DNA from: a virus
Virus record (IMG/VR): IMGVR_UViG_3300009499_000008
Location: 1 to 64,000 of that record
Length of the DNA stretch: 64,000 bases
Strand: one strand, 5' to 3'
Position 1 is the first letter of the stretch; every line of letters starts with the position of its first letter. The notes under the pieces are model-generated. The model did not search any database. It saw only the letters and a program-made list of their open reading frames with translations, and was not told the DNA's origin. Made by a program: the position numbers and the translations under genes. Below are positions 36,798 through 45,969 of this stretch, one piece after another.

Positions 36798-38432
36798 ATG
36801 ACAGGAATTTCAATAATTCAAGGTGATGTTATTGAGGTTCTCAAGGATTATCCAGATGAGTCTTTCACCGCTTGTTTCTGTGATCCGCCATATGGCCTCA
36901 AATTTATGGGTAAAGAATGGGATCACGGTGTTCCAGCAATTCCTTATTGGGCAGAGGTACTACGTGTGCTCAAGCCTGGCGCAGTGCTCATGGCATTTGG
37001 AGGCACGAGAACTTGGCATCGGTTGGGAGTGGCCATTGAGGACGCGGGATTCGAGTTGTTCGATACTATGATGTGGCTTCATGGACAGGGATTTCCGAAA
37101 TCTCATAGTATTGGGAAAGCGCTGGACAAGGCGGCTGGCGCGGAACGAGAGGTGATAGGGCAAGCAGATCGCAGAAGTGGCCCTGGTCGTCATATGGCTG
37201 CCTTGGCTGGACATCGTGGCGAGAGTGTCATCCCAAACATCACTGCACCCGCCACCGACGCCGCCAAGATCTGGGAAGGTTATGGGACTTCCCTTAAGCC
37301 CGCCTGGGAGCCAATCCTCCTAGTTCGCAAACCCCGCACCGCGACGTATGCGCAGACTGCGATGGAGCACGGTTCTTCTGCTCTCAACATCGACGGTTGT
37401 AGAATTGCCAGTGCCAAACCCCATGTCATCAATACATGGGATGATGGCGCTAAACCTTTTGGTGATGGTGCAGGGCATCCCTTTACAGGTCGTCAACAAA
37501 GTGGAAGATGGCCAGCGAATTTGATACTTGACGAAGTAGTGGCGGAGATGCTGGATGCACAACAGAAAGGAACCTCACGGTTTTTCTACTGTGCAAAAAG
37601 TTCACGACGAGAAAGAGATGCAGGATTAGAAGAGTTTGACAGTACGGAACAAGTATGCTATGATGAAACTCTACCACTAACCGAACAGGAGAGTTTATCA
37701 TGGGAAAGCACGGGCCTCATTCAAGCCATCCAAGTGGCTACGGATGGACTACAAAGAAGGGCTATCATCGTTTCTGCCTTTGGAATCCTGCCACCAAAAG
37801 TAGTAGACTTGTGCTTGCTCATGTGTATGTTTGGGAGAAAGCCAATGGGTCGATTCCTACAGGCTCTACTTTGCATCATATCAACGGCGACAGGCAAGAC
37901 AATCGCATTGAAAATCTACAACTTGTTACATTCTTGGAGCATAAGCGAATCCACAGCGGATGTGAACTCCGAAATGGTGTATGGTGGAAACCATGTAGCA
38001 TCTGTGGAGAATTCAAACCAATTATCAAAGAACATTGGTACTTCTCCAAAGAAGGTTGGCCTCTCTATGGAAGATGTAAACCGTGCCACATCAAAATTGT
38101 CGTCATCAAAAAGCGTGCTCGAAAAGCTAGACAAAAGATGCAGACGTAAACCAGCGCACCCAACCATAAAGCCGCTTGCTCTTTGTAAATATCTAGCCAC
38201 TCTCATCATCCCACCAGAAGAGTATCGAGACGATGCTAACCTCCTGATCCCCTTCGCTGGTGTAATGAGTGAAGCAATCGGAGCACTCTTAGCAGGGTGG
38301 AGAAATATCACCGCGATTGAACTTGAGAAGGAATATTGTGAGATTGGTCAAAAGCGTATTGATTGGTGGGTTGTCAAAATAAAAGAAACTGGACTAACCG
38401 ATCCTAAAGCTATTCTAAAGAGAGGAAGCTGA
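36798..38432 (+). CDS. DNA methyltransferase carrying a large in-frame insertion
   Basis: CDPPY, LKPAWEPI, GRWPAN, SRFFYCAK, HPTIKP, IPFAG; about 170 non-MTase residues between ERDAGL and HPTIKP. Confidence 0.88.
   Translation: MTGISIIQGDVIEVLKDYPDESFTACFCDPPYGLKFMGKEWDHGVPAIPYWAEVLRVLKPGAVLMAFGGTRTWHRLGVAIEDAGFELFDTMMWLHGQGFPKSHSIGKALDKAAGAEREVIGQADRRSGPGRHMAALAGHRGESVIPNITAPATDAAKIWEGYGTSLKPAWEPILLVRKPRTATYAQTAMEHGSSALNIDGCRIASAKPHVINTWDDGAKPFGDGAGHPFTGRQQSGRWPANLILDEVVAEMLDAQQKGTSRFFYCAKSSRRERDAGLEEFDSTEQVCYDETLPLTEQESLSWESTGLIQAIQVATDGLQRRAIIVSAFGILPPKVVDLCLLMCMFGRKPMGRFLQALLCIISTATGKTIALKIYNLLHSWSISESTADVNSEMVYGGNHVASVENSNQLSKNIGTSPKKVGLSMEDVNRATSKLSSSKSVLEKLDKRCRRKPAHPTIKPLALCKYLATLIIPPEEYRDDANLLIPFAGVMSEAIGALLAGWRNITAIELEKEYCEIGQKRIDWWVVKIKETGLTDPKAILKRGS
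37636..37664 (+). promoter_or_regulatory. Promoter inside the MTase gene, upstream of the HNH gene
   Basis: TTGACA-17 nt-TATGAT with TG extension, followed by an AGGAG RBS and ATG 37700. Confidence 0.75.
37700..38149 (+). CDS. HNH homing endonuclease overprinted in another frame inside the MTase
   Basis: LAHVYVWEKANG.IP....HHINGDRQDNRIENL......H..IH, plus C-terminal CSIC/CKPC zinc finger. Confidence 0.9.
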   Translation: MGKHGPHSSHPSGYGWTTKKGYHRFCLWNPATKSSRLVLAHVYVWEKANGSIPTGSTLHHINGDRQDNRIENLQLVTFLEHKRIHSGCELRNGVWWKPCSICGEFKPIIKEHWYFSKEGWPLYGRCKPCHIKIVVIKKRARKARQKMQT

Positions 38433-38836
38433 TGTTAATCCTAGCACTTGACCCAGGAGAAACCACGGGCTATGTCGTCGCCGAGATCGATGGACTCGAT
38501 TACGACATAAAAATCAGTGGGCAATTTCCTAATTGGCAAATGCTTGAGGCGTTGATAACTTACTGGTTGCCAGATAGAATCATCTATGAAGCATTTTATC
38601 TCTCACCACAGATAGCCAAGTACAAGACTCGAAGCACTCTACCAACTGTGGAAGTCATCGGAGTACTCAAATTTCTTGCTTGGCAATACTCAACTCCATT
38701 AGTAGCCCAGCCGCCATCAGCTAAGGAGCTTGTGTCATTGCCACGTTACATCGCTGGCGTTTCTGGCCCACACGCTAGAGACGCTCTAAGACATTTGATT
38801 GCTTATTTAAGATTAAGAGGAGGAAATCAAACGTGA
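38432..38836 (+). CDS. RuvC-like Holliday junction resolvase
   Basis: ILALDPGETTG, IIYE, HARDALRH. Confidence 0.8.
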   Translation: MLILALDPGETTGYVVAEIDGLDYDIKISGQFPNWQMLEALITYWLPDRIIYEAFYLSPQIAKYKTRSTLPTVEVIGVLKFLAWQYSTPLVAQPPSAKELVSLPRYIAGVSGPHARDALRHLIAYLRLRGGNQT

Positions 38837-39041
38837 AATGCCAAAATTTTAGCCGTTATAAACGTAGATTCTTTTCTCAGCGTTGCAAAGGATCGGCGAG
38901 GGTGACACTCACTTTAGAATGTCGTGAGGAAGAGAAAATAGTTTTGGAGCTTTGCAACGCCTGCGCATATGCAATTGCTAAAGATGCTCTAGGACTTGGA
39001 TGGAGTGCGAATTTGAAAAGGGTGCATAGAGAGGAGGCCAA

Positions 39042-39884
39042 ATGAAAATCGTTAGCTATTCGCAGCTTCGTAGTCTCACTCGTTGTCGGTGGCAATGGGG
39101 TATAAGATATTTAAAGAGGCTTTACTCAAAAGAGCAAAAGGATTATATGGGTATTGGCAAGCTCGTCCACAATGCCCTAGCGCAATTTTACGGACTTGGA
39201 GAAATCAATTGGGAAGTGCTTCGTTCTGAGTTTATGGGAGATTTAAGACCAGAAATACTTGCTGAAAGTAAACGGGTTGTAGCTGCTTATTTAGTAAGCG
39301 GTAAGGCAGAATTTCCTGGTCGGATTTTGGGAGTGGAATTCCCCTTTCAAGTTAGACTTCCCTTCGATGTAATCCTAGTGGGTTGGATTGACCTGATAAC
39401 TAAGATAGATGGTAAGATTTGGCTCTGGGATCATAAGACGTCTTCTAGGATGACTAAGCAAATTACCCATCCTGAGAGAGATCAGCTATCTCTTTATGCT
39501 TGGAGTTTGATGAAGCTGGGCGCTCCTATAGGCGGCTTCGGCGTAAACCGTCTTATTTATACGAAAAAGCCAAATTTTGCTAGGTTTTCTGAGGAGGTGA
39601 GTGATGCTGGCTTGGCTCTGCGAAGCAAGAATTTTATGGCTAGTTATAAGGCGCTCCCATCAGAAGATATTATAATGATCGATCTTCCGAGATCTTTTCA
39701 GAACGACTGTGATTTTCGCTGTGACTATAAAGAGTTATGTAAACTCGATCTTTATGGTAAAACAGGGGAACTACATCGATTAATTGCTGAGGAATTTCGC
39801 TACTCTGAACGCGGTGATACTGCGGCATATCTGGAGAAATACAATACTGAGTTGCCTGCGTGGTGGTTGGAAGAGGAGGAATGA
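39042..39884 (+). CDS. PD-(D/E)XK exonuclease (Cas4/RecB-like)
   Basis: SYSQL...C, G.LVH, G.IDL, DHKT, QLSLY, C-terminal C...CDY..LC. Confidence 0.88.
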   Translation: MKIVSYSQLRSLTRCRWQWGIRYLKRLYSKEQKDYMGIGKLVHNALAQFYGLGEINWEVLRSEFMGDLRPEILAESKRVVAAYLVSGKAEFPGRILGVEFPFQVRLPFDVILVGWIDLITKIDGKIWLWDHKTSSRMTKQITHPERDQLSLYAWSLMKLGAPIGGFGVNRLIYTKKPNFARFSEEVSDAGLALRSKNFMASYKALPSEDIIMIDLPRSFQNDCDFRCDYKELCKLDLYGKTGELHRLIAEEFRYSERGDTAAYLEKYNTELPAWWLEEEE

Positions 39885-40213
39885 TGAAGACTTGGTTTGA
39901 GTTGCTTCGGGCGACATTCTGGCATGGATTCATGTTTAGTCTATTGAAGCCAAAAGCTACGACGAAACTGGGTGGGCTTTTAGGCTATATCGGTCGTGAT
40001 TTGGTCAGCAAGGCGGCAGTAGATGCTGATTCCTTGCTCAAGCATGTTCTGCTGGCCTATCTCTGTGATTTGGAAAGCCATCGGTGTTTTGGGAAGACTA
40101 TCACTGGGGCTACTTGGATACGTGCACCAAAGGGCGGACCATATCCCAAGGAACTACCACACGCATTGCAGTGGATGGCGAATCGTGGAGCTAGTATCAC
40201 GCCAATAGTATAG
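39881..40213 (+). CDS. Panacea/SocA (DUF4065)-like protein, apparently partial domain
   Basis: LAYLCDLESHRCFGKTITGATW.....GPYPKEL resembles the LLYxxD...G..ITG.......GP.P signature. Confidence 0.6.
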   Translation: MMKTWFELLRATFWHGFMFSLLKPKATTKLGGLLGYIGRDLVSKAAVDADSLLKHVLLAYLCDLESHRCFGKTITGATWIRAPKGGPYPKELPHALQWMANRGASITPIV

Positions 40214-40218
40214 AGATT

Positions 40219-41913
40219 ATGATTAAGCTTCTTCCTAAAACCAATAAATACACACCGAAGTTATTTGTATTCGGCGCAGCCGCTGCTCCGACGTGGCGAA
40301 TGCTTGAGGGAATCACAGGTGTGAAAAAATGCCCCACAGGGATAGTCCTTCCTCTCAATGCCCGATTATGTGAGCTTGTGTACTGGACGACCAAAAGCCC
40401 TCTCGATCCAGGTGTACAGGCATGGTACAAAGAAACCATTGCTGAGGAGAATCGAAAAATACAACTCTTACTTAGGGAAGACGCTTCCCTGCATCATCCG
40501 AATGCTAATCGCCTGTGGCCATTCCAGAGAGTTTCTGCTGATTTCATCGTTAAGACGAAACGCGCTCTCTTAGCATCCGACATGGGCGTTGGAAAGACGG
40601 CAACAACCATCATAGCTGTTGAAGAGAGTACACAAAATGACAAAGTATTAGTAATCTGTCCAAATTCGTTGAAGACTTGGTGGAAGAAGGAAAAACAAGC
40701 ATGGACTGCTTTCCCTAATCAGCCAATTACTATAGTCGAGACGAAGACGCGGAGAGATATACTTTCTGTATATAGTGATGGCTGGCTCATTGGTAATTAT
40801 GCACAGGTGAGAGCCGAGGCTAAGTCCATCAGTCAGCAAAGCATTTATTCAGGATCTAAACAGTTTAATATCAATATCCTTAGAGAACGATCTCTTTACT
40901 TCTCGACTGAGTGGGACTGGCTCATCCTCGACGAAGCGCAGACTATCCGAAATAGAAAGACGCAAATCGCCTACTTGACAAAGCAACTGAAATTCAAGAA
41001 TTGCTGTCTTCTCACAGGTACACCTTTTGGCAATGATCCATCAGAGTTATGGTCACTCCTAAATTTCATCAATCCAAAAAAGTATACCAGCTTCTGGCGC
41101 TTCTTTGAATTATACGTTGATTACGACCAAGATTATTGGGGCACTAGACACATCAAAGGTGTAAAGCGTCCTAAATTATTGCGGAGAGAGCTGGCTCCTA
41201 GAATGATTCGTAAGACGAAAGCGGAAGTGATGCCTTTCTTGCCTGAAAAGCTCTATCAAACTATCCCCCTTGAATTATTACCTCGGCAAAATAAGCACTA
41301 CGACGATATGGCAAAGAAGTTCTATATTGAGCTTTCAGAGACGAAGAAACTTTACGCCGTGAACGTCATTTCGATGATCACACGCCTTCGACAAATTCTA
41401 AGTACTCCAGCAAATTTCGACTTGCCCGACGAAAGCGTCAAGCTCGACGCCGCATTAGATATTATCCTCGGCACAGATAATAGAATTGTTATATTCACAG
41501 CCTTTAGAAAAACTGTAGAAGCCCTGTGTAAACGGTTAACTAAGAATAAGATCTCCCACACAAAAATATGGGGCGGGATGACCTCTGAGCAAGTGAGCCA
41601 AGCGGAGGCAGAGCTGAACGCTGGTGAAATCAAAGTTTTAGTAGCAACTTTGCAGGCTGGTGGTGTGGGGCTTAACTTAGTCGGGGCGAATGTAGCTATC
41701 TTCGTAGATCGCCACTATAATCCAGAAAAACAGAGACAAGCAGAAGATAGACTACACCGTGGCGGACAAACACAAAAAGTACACATAATCAATCTTTATT
41801 GCTCAAATACTGTAGACGACATGGTGGAAGCAATTTTGAGTAGAAAAATCAGTATGCAAACGGCTGTGTTAGGTCCAGCGTTTTTAGAAGACTTGAAAAG
41901 GAGATTAAAATGA
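40219..41913 (+). CDS. SNF2-family helicase
   Basis: DMGVGKT, DEAQ, LTGTP, GGVGLNL, QAEDRLHRGGQ. Confidence 0.95.
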   Translation: MIKLLPKTNKYTPKLFVFGAAAAPTWRMLEGITGVKKCPTGIVLPLNARLCELVYWTTKSPLDPGVQAWYKETIAEENRKIQLLLREDASLHHPNANRLWPFQRVSADFIVKTKRALLASDMGVGKTATTIIAVEESTQNDKVLVICPNSLKTWWKKEKQAWTAFPNQPITIVETKTRRDILSVYSDGWLIGNYAQVRAEAKSISQQSIYSGSKQFNINILRERSLYFSTEWDWLILDEAQTIRNRKTQIAYLTKQLKFKNCCLLTGTPFGNDPSELWSLLNFINPKKYTSFWRFFELYVDYDQDYWGTRHIKGVKRPKLLRRELAPRMIRKTKAEVMPFLPEKLYQTIPLELLPRQNKHYDDMAKKFYIELSETKKLYAVNVISMITRLRQILSTPANFDLPDESVKLDAALDIILGTDNRIVIFTAFRKTVEALCKRLTKNKISHTKIWGGMTSEQVSQAEAELNAGEIKVLVATLQAGGVGLNLVGANVAIFVDRHYNPEKQRQAEDRLHRGGQTQKVHIINLYCSNTVDDMVEAILSRKISMQTAVLGPAFLEDLKRRLK

Positions 41914-42317
41914 AAGTATACTTAGCAGGTAATGTTCATACTGATTGGCGTCAGGCGGTCATAGATCATTGTCCTGACATTGAATTCCTTCAACCTTATA
42001 AGGATGCTCATGGTCGTTTTGTGGTTACTGAGGAAGGTGTTAGCTTATTGCCTCCTACTCACTTTACATTGCGAGATCTGCTATTCGTTGACAATAGTGA
42101 TATAGTTTTTGGATACATTACTCCATATGGAGAGCATAGTAGACATCACGGCCTAATGATCGAGCTTGGTTATGCAAAGGCTCTTAATATACCAATCGTT
42201 CTTGTATGCGAGATCCCAGAATTCGATATGGCCACGGCGATTGCAAACGTAGTTTTCGGCTCCTTAGTAGAAGGAGCACAATTCTTAAATTTCCTAATTC
42301 GGGATAACCCAATCTAG
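41910..42317 (+). CDS. Nucleoside 2-deoxyribosyltransferase / nucleotide N-hydrolase family protein
   Basis: KVYLAG, DL.FVDNSDIV, G.MIELGYAKALNIPI. Confidence 0.8.
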   Translation: MKVYLAGNVHTDWRQAVIDHCPDIEFLQPYKDAHGRFVVTEEGVSLLPPTHFTLRDLLFVDNSDIVFGYITPYGEHSRHHGLMIELGYAKALNIPIVLVCEIPEFDMATAIANVVFGSLVEGAQFLNFLIRDNPI

Positions 42318-42335
42318 ATAGAAGAGATCAAAGCT

Positions 42336-42740
42336 GTGAATTTATTAGCTTTCCTATTTGCATTTTTCCAACTCATCGACAAAGAAGCCATCTGCACTTG
42401 GTACGGTGAGGAATTTCTTGGTCAACGTCATGCGGCGAGTTGGCATCAACAAACTCCAGTAGGTTTTCCAGAAGTAGTCACTAGGACTCACTTTGGCGTC
42501 GCTGCACCGCCAGATATTCCCTTTGGAACAAGATTGTTCATCACTAGATTAGCCCCGTGCAATCCTCTCTGCTCACAGGAGTATAATAATACGTCAATCA
42601 TAGTAACCGTAGTAGACCGCAAAGCCTCCTTAGCACAGGGTAGTTACGATCTATGGCCCGCTGCGGCTAGGGCACTTGGTTTTGGCCCATCCTTTGATGG
42701 AGACATTGGTTGTATCAAGATTAGGGTTGTTTCTTTATAA
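42336..42740 (+). CDS. RlpA-like double-psi beta-barrel protein with hydrophobic N-terminus
   Basis: CTWYG, PFGTRL, VVDR, DLWPAAARALG. Confidence 0.7.
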   Translation: MNLLAFLFAFFQLIDKEAICTWYGEEFLGQRHAASWHQQTPVGFPEVVTRTHFGVAAPPDIPFGTRLFITRLAPCNPLCSQEYNNTSIIVTVVDRKASLAQGSYDLWPAAARALGFGPSFDGDIGCIKIRVVSL

Positions 42741-43590
42741 GTGTCGTGAAGAGATTTGTAGCCTCTTTATTAGCAACGATGTGAGCGAAATTGGATTGAC
42801 CTCTATTTAATCTTCGGAGCCAGTCTACTCGTTCATACAAAGAAGAATAGTCAAGCCGACCTCCAGCCTCAAAAACTTCTCTTAAATAATTAGGTTTGGT
42901 TTTAGCTATCACATAGCAACCCGATTTTTTGTGAGGATTGCTTATTCTATTGACACTCCAAGTAGTGCATGTTTGCAGCAGAGGACCAGCATGTAAACTA
43001 CCTAATTGTTGTCCAATAGATTTTGAGATCCGTGATAGATATCCCTCGATGTGATTCAGGTTGAATCCAACATGATATTTCTTAGGGATTGATTGTAGCC
43101 AATATTCTAAGTCCTTCTTTCGATAAAAACTACCATTCTCGTGAAAGATATAATTATAGGGAAAGCCTACTTTCCAAGGAGCAATCCAATGTCTTTTATG
43201 AGGGAGTGCCTTATCAAGAGTCCACAGGTCAGCTCCAATGCACCAACTCCAGACACAGATCTCTGGCTCCTCCTGTATGATCTTGATAATCTCACTATAT
43301 GATGCTTTTCTGAAGAACATCATATCATCCACCATAAGAGACACAAATTCATTGCCTTGAATCTGTTCCAAGATCAGATTCCATAAACCTCTTCTACTTT
43401 GATAGACAGTTTGACATCCCAGTTCTTTATCTATAATTTGATAAGACTTTCGATACCTTTCATCAGGGAGCCTACACAAAATTCGAATTTGTTCTGGTTT
43501 TAGATCGGTGTTGTCTAAGAGTGACTTCACCAGTCCCCAGAGTTGAAACGGTCTATTCCAGGAAAAGATTATTTGAACAAATTGTGACAT
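42721..43590 (-). CDS. GT-A fold glycosyltransferase
   Basis: IIFSWNRPFQL start, MVDD metal-binding motif. Confidence 0.7.
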   Translation of the reverse strand: MSQFVQIIFSWNRPFQLWGLVKSLLDNTDLKPEQIRILCRLPDERYRKSYQIIDKELGCQTVYQSRRGLWNLILEQIQGNEFVSLMVDDMMFFRKASYSEIIKIIQEEPEICVWSWCIGADLWTLDKALPHKRHWIAPWKVGFPYNYIFHENGSFYRKKDLEYWLQSIPKKYHVGFNLNHIEGYLSRISKSIGQQLGSLHAGPLLQTCTTWSVNRISNPHKKSGCYVIAKTKPNYLREVFEAGGRLDYSSLYERVDWLRRLNRGQSNFAHIVANKEATNLFTTLIKKQP

Positions 43591-44417
43591 ACTATCCCTG
43601 CTTTATCAAGAGCACTTTCTTTCACTCGAAGAGGATGCTTGCTCAAAGCAAACAGCCAACTATCTTTATGATTTAATATATAATCAACATCTTCTTTGTA
43701 AAACAAATCCAGAAAAGGCTTTATTATCGGAAATGCTACTAGCGACAAATTTCTAGCTCTCGAATCTCTAATCCAAAGAGATTTCCAGCCAAATCGATGA
43801 TAGTAGCAGGAGTTTGGCATAACTACCATTTTGCAACCAGTAGCCAGTTGGCGAATACCAAACCCCCAAGATTCAATTGCACCAGCTCCGACAGGATATC
43901 CACCAGCCCTCTTCCAAGAGTTCTTGGTAAATAGATAATTGCCACTATTTATAGGCACTCTACCCCCCATTAAGCAATCAGCTAGAGTAGTTATTCCCAG
44001 TTTAAAGACCCATCTTTTCTCAATTTTATTTGTATCCTTTTTAAAGTAGTCTAATCTCTGGAATGCTGCTACATCTGCATCAGAATTGAACAAAAATTCT
44101 TTTAGCTTGCAAATGCTATTTGATGCTAGGATATTATCTGAATCCAAACTGAACAGTATTGGATTCTTGGCAACAGTTATTCCAGTATTTCTGGCTACAG
44201 GACATCCTCGATTTTTGATATGCTCAAGGAGTATTATTACTGGATATTTTATTTGTAGAGTCTTTAAAACCTTACCTGTATCATCAATTGAGCCATCATT
44301 GACGATGATTAATTCATCTCCAGAATCGAAATTACCATCAAAGACTGATTCGACAGTTTCTCGTATCATAGTCGCACAGTTGTATGCGGGAATGACAAAA
44401 CTAATATGCTTAATCAT
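43569..44417 (-). CDS. Glycosyltransferase family 2
   Basis: SFVIPAYN, VNDGSID, ARNTG, LDSD. Confidence 0.92.
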   Translation of the reverse strand: MIKHISFVIPAYNCATMIRETVESVFDGNFDSGDELIIVNDGSIDDTGKVLKTLQIKYPVIILLEHIKNRGCPVARNTGITVAKNPILFSLDSDNILASNSICKLKEFLFNSDADVAAFQRLDYFKKDTNKIEKRWVFKLGITTLADCLMGGRVPINSGNYLFTKNSWKRAGGYPVGAGAIESWGFGIRQLATGCKMVVMPNSCYYHRFGWKSLWIRDSRARNLSLVAFPIIKPFLDLFYKEDVDYILNHKDSWLFALSKHPLRVKESALDKAGIVCHNLFK

Positions 44418-45268
44418 TTCAGGACCTCCAACTCTTTAAAAACATATCTGCACCACTTGCCAAACATCAGATCTTGATACCACATTGTTTTAGCAGATTT
44501 TCCCATTTGTAACAGTCGTTTTATTGAATAAGAATTTAGAATATTTTCAGCCCCCTCAATTGACCCTGTGTAAAAACTTGCTTGATCCCAATCTAAGAAT
44601 GTCTTAAAGGGACGATTATCTATATCACTGATAAAGAGAGGTACTATTCCTAACTGCATTGCCTCATAGAGTCTGAAAGAAGTACATCCATATCCCCGTG
44701 GACAAAGAGCAATATAAGACTGAAGCATTTGTTTGGCAAAGAAAGCAGAACCTTTATTACCATCTTGTATATCAACATCTTTTCTTCTACCTAAAGAATT
44801 CTGCATTTCAAATCGAATTGGGTGTGTTCTTAATTTCCCGATAAAAGAAGCCAACCATCTTTTTGCAGGTTTGGGAGAAGGAGTCTCATGTGAATAACTT
44901 ACCAAAGGTATATCGATACCCTCTCCCTTGCTGGATGCAAGAAATTGGATAGTTCTACCAAGATCGGCTAAAGTACCATCAGCATGTTGACAAACTGTAA
45001 AAGTTTTTTCTTCATTGAGAATCACCTTCGATACTTGTTGCTGAAAGAACTCCTGTCTTATCAATCGGTGTTGATAGCGAGTCCAATATACGGGAAGATA
45101 ATGCCAGTCGGCAGTATCGAATTGAGTCGTGATAAGTCTTGGATTCTGCTCAAGATATTTGAGAAAGTCTTGCTCGATGCCATAATCCTTCTTATTATGC
45201 TGTGGATAGACATTCCGCAGGGCTGGGGGCTGGAGTTCGGTGGGTACTGGTAAAATAAATATCCTCAT
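44414..45268 (-). CDS. Exostosin-like (GT47) glycosyltransferase
   Basis: S.IALCPRGYGCTSFRLYEAMQLGIVPLFISD signature; ATGA overlap supports start 45268. Confidence 0.88.
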   Translation of the reverse strand: MRIFILPVPTELQPPALRNVYPQHNKKDYGIEQDFLKYLEQNPRLITTQFDTADWHYLPVYWTRYQHRLIRQEFFQQQVSKVILNEEKTFTVCQHADGTLADLGRTIQFLASSKGEGIDIPLVSYSHETPSPKPAKRWLASFIGKLRTHPIRFEMQNSLGRRKDVDIQDGNKGSAFFAKQMLQSYIALCPRGYGCTSFRLYEAMQLGIVPLFISDIDNRPFKTFLDWDQASFYTGSIEGAENILNSYSIKRLLQMGKSAKTMWYQDLMFGKWCRYVFKELEVLK

Positions 45269-45969
45269 ATTAGTTCCATATAACACATCCAGGTATACCA
45301 GCGTGCCTCATCAAAGTAAACTTGCAAATAATGGTACTCAACACTTTCATACAGAGGCTTGGGCGTAGGATAGATATCCCACTTATGACCCCACCGCGTC
45401 TTTTCCATTTTGAATACGGGCGGGAATTCGTAATATACTTTTAAGATATCTCTCAGATAATTAGCATCTTCGTCTCCTTTTGCGAAAGCCTGCTTGAGGG
45501 TGTAACAATCACCTTGACCTGGGGGATAGTTATCCTCAAACATCAATGTTTTGAATCCATTTTCTTGGGCAAACTTTACCCTCTCTACTGCATCTTGATG
45601 GTCATCAAAGAAACACAGGGTTTCCTCTTTTGATATGTCACTCCAGTCTATGTGGAAAAAATCCTCAATGTGATAAATCACTTTTTCAGAAATGTATTCT
45701 CTTTGCCACAAATGGGGATCTATAGAGTGTATTTCTGAATCTGGGGACGCTTTTTCAAAGAACCAAGTACCTTGCCCCTTAAAAACCCCGCTTTCTATGA
45801 TATACTTTGGTTTTAAAAACTGTGCAGCGAACCACGCGATAAACATATGTGGAGATCTCATTCCCCCAAAGTTATTTTTAATGGGTCTATCTTTGCGAAG
45901 TTCAGAGAATTCTTTCAGTTTACTCCTCAAGCCATCCCTCGTCCATCGTACTACGCCAATCGTATTCAT
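45265..45969 (-). CDS. SAM-dependent methyltransferase-like protein
   Basis: IIESGVFKGQGT, SIDP, FFDDH; ATGA overlap supports start 45969. Confidence 0.6.
   Translation of the reverse strand: MNTIGVVRWTRDGLRSKLKEFSELRKDRPIKNNFGGMRSPHMFIAWFAAQFLKPKYIIESGVFKGQGTWFFEKASPDSEIHSIDPHLWQREYISEKVIYHIEDFFHIDWSDISKEETLCFFDDHQDAVERVKFAQENGFKTLMFEDNYPPGQGDCYTLKQAFAKGDEDANYLRDILKVYYEFPPVFKMEKTRWGHKWDIYPTPKPLYESVEYHYLQVYFDEARWYTWMCYMELI

Noticed and set aside
37620-38160. Intein or group I intron in the MTase
   Set aside because: No intein terminal residues, the host frame stays open, and no intron core was recognised. Splicing cannot be fully excluded without RNA data.
39042-39884. Cas4-like nuclease as evidence of CRISPR-Cas
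   Set aside because: Solo PD-(D/E)XK nucleases are routine in phage recombination modules; no array or cas1/cas2.
42721-42740. Terminator at the convergence of the two transcription arms
   Set aside because: The two genes overlap tail to tail by 20 bp and no convincing hairpin with U-tract is present.
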